Below, in pieces: positions 1-7,698 of a stretch of DNA of 64,000 nt. The number at the start of each line of letters is the position of its first letter. Positions within the stretch are counted from its first letter, which is position 1. The notes beneath the pieces were generated by a model, which worked only from the letters and a program-made list of their open reading frames with translations, was not told where the DNA came from and did not search any database. This DNA is from Candidatus Micrarchaeia archaeon. GTDB lineage: Archaea > Micrarchaeota > Micrarchaeia > Burarchaeales > Fermentimicrarchaeaceae. The position numbers and the translations under genes were made by a program. Location of the stretch: positions 32,001-96,000 of the forward strand of contig JAVZHX010000001.1 in NCBI GenBank assembly GCA_038871515.1, read 5' to 3'.

Positions 1-103
1 CGCTCCTTCTTCTCCAGGAGTTCACTCACTTAACATCTTTGCTGTGTACCTTCAAACTGGTAGAATTATAAATGAAACACGGTATTTCTACGTTGGTGGT
101 TGA

Positions 104-484
104 TTGAGAGGGCAGATTGGGTTGGAATTCTTCATCGCATTCTCCTTCCTCATACTCCTCTTTCTCATCTCCCTCGCAGTTTACGAGCAGGAAAGAAAGA
201 GCGCTGATGTATTTCTGTCAAAAGAGGATGCTGAGATAGTTGCATTGAATTTTGCGAGGGCTATTAACGGGGTACACCAGTGCGGGGATGGGTGCTCTTA
301 TAGATTATACTTCAAGGAGGGTTATGTGCTGAGCATTTCTGGAAGAGTGCTTGAAGCAGTTGGAAACTCCCAAATTGGTGAAGCAGCACTTGTTACGGAG
401 AGAGTTAGAATTTATTCTGCAACTCCGGGAAAGTTTGTTGAAGTCAGAAATAATAACGGGATGGTGGAGTTGCATGATGTTTAA
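104..484 (+). CDS. Archaeal pilin-like protein (class III signal peptide)
   Basis: N-terminus MRG|QIGLEF followed by a hydrophobic helix; first gene of the ATPase/TadC operon. Confidence 0.75.
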   Translation: MRGQIGLEFFIAFSFLILLFLISLAVYEQERKSADVFLSKEDAEIVALNFARAINGVHQCGDGCSYRLYFKEGYVLSISGRVLEAVGNSQIGEAALVTERVRIYSATPGKFVEVRNNNGMVELHDV

Positions 485-968
485 AGGACAGGTTATATCA
501 ACGGATATGCTTGTCGCGTTTGTGATATTTCTGTTCATACTGGATGCATCTGTTTTGCTTTGGGGGGAGAAGCTTGCAAAAGCAAAGCAGATAGAGGATG
601 AGAGATGGCTGGAGGATGTTGCGAGAGCTGCAAGCAACCAACTTCTCACTCCGGGCGATCCTGCGGATTGGGAGGTGAGTGGAAGCTCTCTGAATTCATT
701 TGGGCTTACCAGCTCAGATAATGTTATCAAGTGGGAAAAATTTGAGAGGATGGAGGAGCTTGCGCAGGAGCCTGAAAGCTATTATTCTGTGAAAAGAGCT
801 TTGGGGTTGGAGTGTTGTGAAGTTTGGTTTGGTGTTACGTATTCAAATGGAACAGTTATCAAAAGCTTTGGTGAGATTCCACCAAAGAATAAATCGGTGA
901 TAAGCATCGACAGAAAAGCTCTGCTGAACTCATCTGTTGTGACTGTTAGGATTGAGGTGTGGAGATGA
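474..968 (+). CDS. Minor pilin-like protein
   Basis: Likely start ATG 474/477: MMFKG|QVISTD plus hydrophobic helix; LLTPGDPADW motif typical of archaeal minor pilins. Confidence 0.75.
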   Translation: MMFKGQVISTDMLVAFVIFLFILDASVLLWGEKLAKAKQIEDERWLEDVARAASNQLLTPGDPADWEVSGSSLNSFGLTSSDNVIKWEKFERMEELAQEPESYYSVKRALGLECCEVWFGVTYSNGTVIKSFGEIPPKNKSVISIDRKALLNSSVVTVRIEVWR

Positions 969-1360
969 GGGGGTTTGTTATAACGATTGATGGTATAATT
1001 GGCTTGATTGTTTTTCTCTCTCTTTTTATTGTGGTGAGTTCACCCGCGATGAAGGTGACGCAAAGCGCATGGGAAAGCGCCCATATGAGAAAGATTTCAA
1101 TGGATTCTCTGGCAGTGCTTGAGAAAAGCGGGGTGCTCTCTAGAGCTGTGGAAGCAAATTCCTCTTCGGAATTGATTTACTTTATGAGCACTGAATTCAG
1201 CTCTGTATGCACGCAAATTACAGTTGAAGGGGAGGAGTATATGCTCTCAGTGGTTAAACCTGGGTGCGAGAAGATCCAGGGTGGGTTTGTGGTGGCAAGA
1301 AGAAGCTTTGTTGAAAACGGTAGGTATTATATCGCGGAGATGAAGGTGTGGAACAGGTGA
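965..1360 (+). CDS. Minor pilin-like protein
   Basis: ATGA overlap with the previous stop; MRG|FVITID class III signal. Confidence 0.7.
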   Translation: MRGFVITIDGIIGLIVFLSLFIVVSSPAMKVTQSAWESAHMRKISMDSLAVLEKSGVLSRAVEANSSSELIYFMSTEFSSVCTQITVEGEEYMLSVVKPGCEKIQGGFVVARRSFVENGRYYIAEMKVWNR

Positions 1361-1364
1361 GCAG

Positions 1365-2171
1365 GTGAAAAGAGGTTTTGTGATAACTGTAAGCACTCTT
1401 CTGCTTTTTGTAGTGATTCTCTTATTCATTCAGGCAAGTTATGGGGGGATGAGGGAAGCGGAAAGCGAGCTAATAAATGCTCAGCAAATAGATTATGCAA
1501 TGTATATTTTTGACGATGTAGCAGTTGATTTGAAACAGCTTCTCGGCCCGGATGTTGAAATCGCAAGAGAGGGAGGGATGACTGTTGTGAAATTCTCTGA
1601 AAAACTCCCAAAAACTGCTAACCTAAGTGAATACAAGAAATTTCTTGCAAACTACTCTGAAAAAAGTAATGCGGAAATCAAAATCAATACATCGAATGTT
1701 GACGATGGGAAGTTAATTGTTTTTGGGAATGGGTTGAGGTATGACAGGAATTCAAGCTCATTTAAGTTTTATCATACAGAAACAAGCACGAACGCAAGCG
1801 AGTACGAGCTTAGCGTATTCTCGAAGAGTTACAGGTTGAGCGAGAATATAAGTTTGCTGACAAATAATGGGGATGTGAAGCTGGTTGTTCACTACTCTGA
1901 TTTAAACGGGAGCATGGATTTGGAGGGTGCATTTTATTCGGACAGGAATGCGGTTTACTCTGTGATTTATGATGGAGGTGAGATGAAAGTTGCTGTTGGG
2001 AATGTGAGTGGGAAGCATAACAGCATTGAGCTGACAAGCTCTGTTGATATGGAGGTTAATCTGACTGTAAAGGGTGAGTGGTCAACTCGCGGTTATGCGT
2101 ATGATGTGGAGATGGGGTATGAGCAGCTGAATGTTAAGAAGAAAGGATTGGTTTGGGTGGAGAAGAGTTAA
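1365..2171 (+). CDS. Minor pilin-like protein
   Basis: MKRG|FVITV plus hydrophobic helix; beta-rich C-terminal part. Confidence 0.65.
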   Translation: MKRGFVITVSTLLLFVVILLFIQASYGGMREAESELINAQQIDYAMYIFDDVAVDLKQLLGPDVEIAREGGMTVVKFSEKLPKTANLSEYKKFLANYSEKSNAEIKINTSNVDDGKLIVFGNGLRYDRNSSSFKFYHTETSTNASEYELSVFSKSYRLSENISLLTNNGDVKLVVHYSDLNGSMDLEGAFYSDRNAVYSVIYDGGEMKVAVGNVSGKHNSIELTSSVDMEVNLTVKGEWSTRGYAYDVEMGYEQLNVKKKGLVWVEKS

Positions 2172-2205
2172 TTATTAAAGAAGGAGAATATATGTAGGTG
2201 GGTTT

Positions 2206-3927
2206 ATGCTTGAAACGAAAATGGACGAACTGATGGAGCTTGTAGAACACAGGAAAGTTGTTTCCCTTGATGAGCTTTCAAAGAAACTGAAATGGGATGC
2301 TGTTGGTGTAGAAAAAGTTTGCAAAGTGCTGGAGAGGAAAGGAGTTGTTGAGCTGAGGTATCCTATCAGCGTTCTTGAGAAACCATCAGTTATTCTGAAA
2401 AAACCTCTCGAGCACGTGAGCAAACCTGCAAGGCCTCCTGGTGAGATAATAGAAGCATATAGAGTGGTTTCTGACAAGGTGCCCAGTGAGGTTAGAATAT
2501 ACAGGAGGAGGGATGAGCAAAAACCAAGCTACTACATCGCACCTCCGCAAGTCGGGCTGTACACGCGGTTGCTGCTTGACAGCATCAGGGAGGAGATGGG
2601 CAAGCTTGTGACGGTTAATATAGACGAGCTAATGGATACGAGTAAGAGCGCTGAGGTCAGAAACAAATTCTATGAGGTTGGGAAGAAAAGATTACAGGAG
2701 ACTATTCCTGAGATGAGTGAAAGCGAGCTGGAGGTGCTTGCAGGGATTCTATTGCATGAAACGTATGGTTTAGGAGAGCTTGAGCTTCTTATGGGAGATG
2801 ACAACCTTGAGGAGATTGCTGTGAACAACTCCAAGGTTCCCATTGCAGTTTACCATAAAAAATATGGGTGGATGGAGAGCAACTTAAGGATGAAAAGCGA
2901 GGAGGAGATAGCAAACTATGCGATGCAGATTGGCAGAAAAGCGGGGAGGCAGATAAGCCTGCTCAACCCAATACTGGATGCACACCTTGTTACAGGGGAT
3001 AGAGTTTATGCAAGTCTCTCCCCAATTTCAGCAAAAGGAAACACAATAACAATAAGGAGGTTTGCGCGCAACCCGTGGACGATAACTGATTTTATTGATA
3101 AGAAACTGTCAACAATTTCAAGCGAGATGGCTGCGCTTCTCTGGCAGGCAATTCACTATGAGTTGAATATAATTGTAGCTGGAGGAACAGCATCTGGTAA
3201 AACAAGCATGCTGAACACTCTCTGCTCCTTCATTCCACCTTTTCAGAGAGTGGTAACAATAGAGGACACACGCGAGCTTTCCCTTCCCTCATTTATTTGG
3301 AATTGGGTTCCGATGCTAACAAGGTTGCCAAATCCGGAGGGGTTGGGTGAGGTGAGCATGCTTGACTTGATGCTTGCTTCGTTGAGAATGAGGCCTGATA
3401 GGATTATTGTTGGTGAGATAAGAAGAAGGAGGGAGGCAGAAGTGCTTTTTGAGGCGATGCACACAGGACATGCGGTTTGCTCAACAATGCACGCTGACAC
3501 TGCTGCACAGGTGCTGCGAAGGCTTATGGAGCCACCCATAGAGATACCTATGGTGGAGCTTGAATCACTTCACCTTATTGTTGTTCAATACAGGGACAGA
3601 AGAAGCAACATAAGGAGGACTCTTGAAATAACCGAGATAGTCCCTGGAATTGGAGGGGAGAAACTATCAATGAATCACATCTATCACTGGAGGCCGAGAG
3701 GAGATGTTTTTGAAAAAGCAAACGAGCCAATCCGAATAAATGAGGCACTTAACCTACACACGGGGATGACGCAGAAGGAGATTGCTGATGATTTAAATGA
3801 AAGAAAAGCAGTTTTGGAATGGATGGTGAAGAACGGAATAAACACGATTGACAAAGTTGGGGAGGTTATGCAGAAGTATTACAACAACCCAGATGAGTTC
3901 ATAAGGGAGAACAGAATAAGGAGGTGA
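2206..3927 (+). CDS. Type IV pilus/T2SS assembly ATPase (VirB11/FlaI/CpaF family) with an N-terminal wHTH-like domain
   Basis: Walker A GGTASGKTS, TIEDTREL, LRMRPDRIIVGEIR, His box TGH..STMHA. Confidence 0.95.
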   Translation: MLETKMDELMELVEHRKVVSLDELSKKLKWDAVGVEKVCKVLERKGVVELRYPISVLEKPSVILKKPLEHVSKPARPPGEIIEAYRVVSDKVPSEVRIYRRRDEQKPSYYIAPPQVGLYTRLLLDSIREEMGKLVTVNIDELMDTSKSAEVRNKFYEVGKKRLQETIPEMSESELEVLAGILLHETYGLGELELLMGDDNLEEIAVNNSKVPIAVYHKKYGWMESNLRMKSEEEIANYAMQIGRKAGRQISLLNPILDAHLVTGDRVYASLSPISAKGNTITIRRFARNPWTITDFIDKKLSTISSEMAALLWQAIHYELNIIVAGGTASGKTSMLNTLCSFIPPFQRVVTIEDTRELSLPSFIWNWVPMLTRLPNPEGLGEVSMLDLMLASLRMRPDRIIVGEIRRRREAEVLFEAMHTGHAVCSTMHADTAAQVLRRLMEPPIEIPMVELESLHLIVVQYRDRRSNIRRTLEITEIVPGIGGEKLSMNHIYHWRPRGDVFEKANEPIRINEALNLHTGMTQKEIADDLNERKAVLEWMVKNGINTIDKVGEVMQKYYNNPDEFIRENRIRR

Positions 3928-4811
3928 AGAAAACGAGAGTTCCCTTCATGGTATTTTCAATTGAGCAGGCATCGCGAGTGAACAGAAGGTTAATTGGAAT
4001 TGGAAACTTAATTGTAAGGGTTTACCCAAGTATAAAGTATGATTTGAGAAGCAGTGCTTTCGATATAGAGGCAGGTGCGTATGTTGCTGCTGCGCTTCTC
4101 TCCGCGGTTCTTTGGGGAGGGGGAATGTATCTTTTTTCTTATTTTATGCTTTCCATGAGGGAAATTGAGAATACCGCGGTTGTTTCACTTGCACCAGGAA
4201 TTGCAATTTTTTTAATAATATTCCTCTTCCAGCTTATCTACCCAAAGGTTGCTGCGAGAAAGGTTGCTGAGAGAGTTGACAGAGAGCTTATCTTTGCTTT
4301 GAAGGATATGTATATACAGATAAACTCAGGTGTCTCTCTCTTTGATGCAATGTGCAACGTCTCAAAAGCAGATTACGGTTATGTTTCAAAGGAGTTTGAG
4401 GAGGCGGTGAGGGGTATAACTGCAGGTGACTCAGAGGAGGAGGCGCTGGAGAAGCTTGCGCTGAAAACAAAGTCGGAGTATTTCAAAAAGGCTCTTTGGC
4501 AGCTCATAACAGCGATGCGCTCGGGTGCGAGCACCACGGGAGCTTTAAGAAGCGTTATAGATGTGCTTATAGGTTACCAGCACAGGATGATAAAGAACTA
4601 CTCATCCGAGTTGAACTTCTGGATTCTTATGTTTATGCTTGTTGCTGCAACAATACCAACGCTCGGTATAACTTTATCAGTTGTTCTCTCAACGTTTGGA
4701 GGCGCAGGAATAACGCCCGTTCTTTTCATTAATTTCATAGCAATTTCATTCATCATACAAGCAGTGATGATAGGGTTCCTTAAAAACAGAAGGCCAGAGG
4801 TGTATGCGTGA
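3924..4811 (+). CDS. TadC/FlaJ-like (T2SS F domain) membrane platform protein
   Basis: TM helices, SGVSLFDAM...YGYVSKEF T2SSF pattern, follows the ATPase. Confidence 0.85.
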   Translation: MKKTRVPFMVFSIEQASRVNRRLIGIGNLIVRVYPSIKYDLRSSAFDIEAGAYVAAALLSAVLWGGGMYLFSYFMLSMREIENTAVVSLAPGIAIFLIIFLFQLIYPKVAARKVAERVDRELIFALKDMYIQINSGVSLFDAMCNVSKADYGYVSKEFEEAVRGITAGDSEEEALEKLALKTKSEYFKKALWQLITAMRSGASTTGALRSVIDVLIGYQHRMIKNYSSELNFWILMFMLVAATIPTLGITLSVVLSTFGGAGITPVLFINFIAISFIIQAVMIGFLKNRRPEVYA

Positions 4812-5797
4812 TGAGCAATGCGTTCAAAGCAGTCGCCAGCTTCATACCACGTGGCTACAGAAAAAAAGTTGAAGTTCTGCTGAACTACGCTGGGACGGAT
4901 GAAGATGTGGATATCTGGCTTGGCAAGAGAATTGTTTTCGCTTTGCTGCTTGGCGTGATTGGGGGGTTAATTGTTTTTTTCTATGCAGGAGAAGCTTCAA
5001 AAGAGCTTTCCTTTCTCGCAGGAGCGAGTGTTTTTCTTGTCACATGCATTACTTTCTACTTCCACCTTTACTACGTAATTGAGGAGAGAAGAAAAAGAGT
5101 TGAGGCAGTTCTCCCGGACTTTCTTCTGCTCATCGCAGCAAACCTAAGGGCGGGCATGACGCCAATTGCTGCATTCATAAACTCCTCCCGACCAGAGTTC
5201 GGCCCACTGGAAGAGGAGATAAGGATAGTTGCGTCTCGTTCATTGGGAACTGAGTCGTTTGTGAGCGTTTTTGGCAGGTTGAATGAAAGGATAGATTCAA
5301 AAATTCTGAAAAGAGTAGTTGGTTTGTTCACAAGCGGTATGGTTTCTGGCGGGCATCTCGCGCGTTTGCTTGAGACAAGCGCGCTTGATATAAGGGAAAC
5401 ACAGGAGTTAAAGCAGGAGTTGGAGTCAAGCACAAGGATGTATGTGATATTCATACTCTTCGTTATTCTCATAGGTGTTCCTCTGCTGCTTTCAATTTCA
5501 ATTCAATTTTTAATAAAACTAAACGCATTGAGAGCTCAGATAACAAAAGTTTCATTTGGGGAGTTTGGTTATGCATTTCTTGTGGGAGCAACCCCTCTTG
5601 AACCCCAGTTCGTTGAGAGCATGACGTATGTTATACTGATTGGAACAACCTTTTTTGTAAGCGTGCTGCTTGGTGTTATAAACGAAGGGAAATACCTTTA
5701 TGGCTTGAGGTATTTCCTTCCTCTCGCGGCGATTGGGGTAGTTGATTTTATAATTTTAAAAGGAGTTGTACAGGGAATTCTTTCCTCCTTAACATAA
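4808..5797 (+). CDS. TadC/FlaJ-like membrane platform protein
   Basis: LPDFLLLIAANLRAGM...RPEFGPL T2SSF pattern; paralog of 44082..45074. Confidence 0.85.
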   Translation: MMSNAFKAVASFIPRGYRKKVEVLLNYAGTDEDVDIWLGKRIVFALLLGVIGGLIVFFYAGEASKELSFLAGASVFLVTCITFYFHLYYVIEERRKRVEAVLPDFLLLIAANLRAGMTPIAAFINSSRPEFGPLEEEIRIVASRSLGTESFVSVFGRLNERIDSKILKRVVGLFTSGMVSGGHLARLLETSALDIRETQELKQELESSTRMYVIFILFVILIGVPLLLSISIQFLIKLNALRAQITKVSFGEFGYAFLVGATPLEPQFVESMTYVILIGTTFFVSVLLGVINEGKYLYGLRYFLPLAAIGVVDFIILKGVVQGILSSLT

Positions 5798-5826
5798 AAT
5801 ATTTAAACTGAGTTGGGTGAAGTATA

Positions 5827-6402
5827 TTGATGATGAGCAAGGATGAAAGGGAAATAGAGGCAAAGCTGGAGAAGCTTCCAACTGAGTTCATAGTATTAAT
5901 CATCTCCTCAGCAGACGTTTACAGCATCGCTCAGGAAATTGCCCTGAGAGTTTTAATAAAGAAGAAGGATATGTGCGGTGTTTATGTAACATTCAACAGA
6001 CCATATTCTACTTTAAAGGAATCTGTTGGGAAGCAGGGTTTGGATTTGTCAAAGCTGTTCTTTATAGATTTGATAACTGAGAGCGCTGGGGGGAAGGCGG
6101 AAAGGAGTGCAACTGACAGATGTTTCTACGTCAGCTCACCAAAAAACCTCACCGAGCTGTCAATTCTGATGGAGCAGGCAATGCTGCGCCTCCCGAGAGA
6201 AAGGAGATTTGTTTTCATAGATTCAATAAGCACAATGCTTATCTACAACGACCCAGATACGGTGCTGAGATTCATCCACTCATTAACTGGGAAGATGAGA
6301 TTGCTCGGCATAACCGGAATAATCTTCCTGCTTGAGAAGGAGAGCGATGAGAAATTCCGAGCACAGATTTCGCAGTTCTGCGATACTGTGATTACGATAT
6401 GA
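5827..6402 (+). CDS. KaiC/RecA-fold (FlaH-like) protein, apparently lacking a Walker A motif
   Basis: GVYVTFNRPY, FFIDLIT, FVFIDSISTMLIYN, QFCDTVITI motifs; no GxxGxGK. Confidence 0.65.
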   Translation: MMMSKDEREIEAKLEKLPTEFIVLIISSADVYSIAQEIALRVLIKKKDMCGVYVTFNRPYSTLKESVGKQGLDLSKLFFIDLITESAGGKAERSATDRCFYVSSPKNLTELSILMEQAMLRLPRERRFVFIDSISTMLIYNDPDTVLRFIHSLTGKMRLLGITGIIFLLEKESDEKFRAQISQFCDTVITI

Positions 6403-6713
6403 CATTCTGGGAGTATTCATTTTACATGTTGGCTGTTATTTTTGGAACAGTTGTTTTAAACCTAATTTTTAACTTAAAACCAATTAAAAAAATTAGAGGT
6501 GTTTTTCTTTCCATACTCCCAGTTGCAGTTTTATTTATTCTCTGGGATATTTTCGCAGCTTACAGAGGACACTGGAGTTTTAACATGGAGCATATGCTTG
6601 GAGTTGTTGTTATAAACCAGCCTCTTGAGGAGATTGTTTTCTTCTTTGCAGTTCCTTTTTATTATATAACAATCTGGGAGCTTGCAAAGAAGTTCTGTGG
6701 TGGGAAGAGATGA
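6399..6713 (+). CDS. Lycopene cyclase domain protein (CrtYc-like)
   Basis: FILWDIFA..RGHWSFN...PLEEIVFFF, the PxE(E) motif of membrane lycopene cyclases. Confidence 0.8.
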   Translation: MTFWEYSFYMLAVIFGTVVLNLIFNLKPIKKIRGVFLSILPVAVLFILWDIFAAYRGHWSFNMEHMLGVVVINQPLEEIVFFFAVPFYYITIWELAKKFCGGKR

Positions 6714-7027
6714 AAGAATACACAATTCTCTGCATTGTTTCGCTTGTTCTTGTTTTTCTAGCTGATTCAATAATGAAAACGAAAGTGAGAGAGAGGAAGT
6801 TTTTTCTGTGCGCGCTTGCGCTTGCACTCATCACGCAGCTTGTTGTTGATAACATAACTGCGTGGAGAGGTTTCTGGAGCTTCAATGAGGAGATGATACT
6901 TGGAATTCATCTTCCAGTAATTCCATTTGAAAATTTGCTTTTTGGAATCTCTCTTTTCTATGCAACAATTATCTCATGGGAAAGAGGCAGTATGTTTAAA
7001 TACCACGTCTGCAAGAGTAAATTATGA
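6710..7027 (+). CDS. Lycopene cyclase domain protein (CrtYd-like)
   Basis: VVDNI...WSFN..ILG...IPFENLLFG; ATGA-coupled to the CrtYc-like gene. Confidence 0.8.
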   Translation: MKEYTILCIVSLVLVFLADSIMKTKVRERKFFLCALALALITQLVVDNITAWRGFWSFNEEMILGIHLPVIPFENLLFGISLFYATIISWERGSMFKYHVCKSKL

Positions 7028-7698
7028 GTATATCTGATTTTAATTATGGGAAGTTATTCCTTCTGATTTTGTTTCTCCCGCTTCTCTCTGCTCACCCAGC
7101 GTGGTTGCAACCCGGTGTAACTGCTTACTATGAGGGGATAGGTGCTTTCAAAAAAGACGGGCAGTATCACTCGGGAGTGCAGATGGATATAACTGAAAGA
7201 GTTGACAGCGTAAGCAATGGAAATGTAGTGGTTACTGTTACGTATGTAGAAAGAAGCAGTGGATACACAATAACAAATACCTCCACATACCGCCCCACGG
7301 ATATTCTGGGTGCATTCTGGGCGGATGAGAGAGCTCTGCAGAATGCAAAAAATGGGGATAGAATAGGAATTTTCACTGTAACAAAGGGGCCGTACCAGGA
7401 TAGATTTACCGGCAGAATATGGAATGCGGTGATGCTTGAGGTGAAGGATAAAGCTGAGGTTAGAATGGTGTTTGAGGAGAGAACGGGTTTGTTGATACAT
7501 TATGCAGAAGTCTATCCAAACCAGGAGACATATATTGATTTTAAATCAATAAACGTTGATCTGTCGGGGTATACCACTCCTGTCGCTGAACCACGGGGAA
7601 CTCCTCTCATAGATTCAAACCTTCCTTGCTGCGGTAGCATGTTTCTTATACTCGCAGGCATCTCCCTGCTTTTTGTGAGGTGGGTGGATGAACATTAG
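7024..7698 (+). CDS. Secreted protein with a C-terminal Cys-Cys-Gly plus TM anchor
   Basis: N-terminal hydrophobic signal, beta-rich body, PCCGSMFLILAGISLLFVR tail. Confidence 0.6.
   Translation: MSISDFNYGKLFLLILFLPLLSAHPAWLQPGVTAYYEGIGAFKKDGQYHSGVQMDITERVDSVSNGNVVVTVTYVERSSGYTITNTSTYRPTDILGAFWADERALQNAKNGDRIGIFTVTKGPYQDRFTGRIWNAVMLEVKDKAEVRMVFEERTGLLIHYAEVYPNQETYIDFKSINVDLSGYTTPVAEPRGTPLIDSNLPCCGSMFLILAGISLLFVRWVDEH

Noticed and set aside
104..5797. Archaellum (fla/arl) operon
   Set aside because: No archaellin N-terminus or FlaF/G; two TadC paralogs and pilin signals fit a pilus
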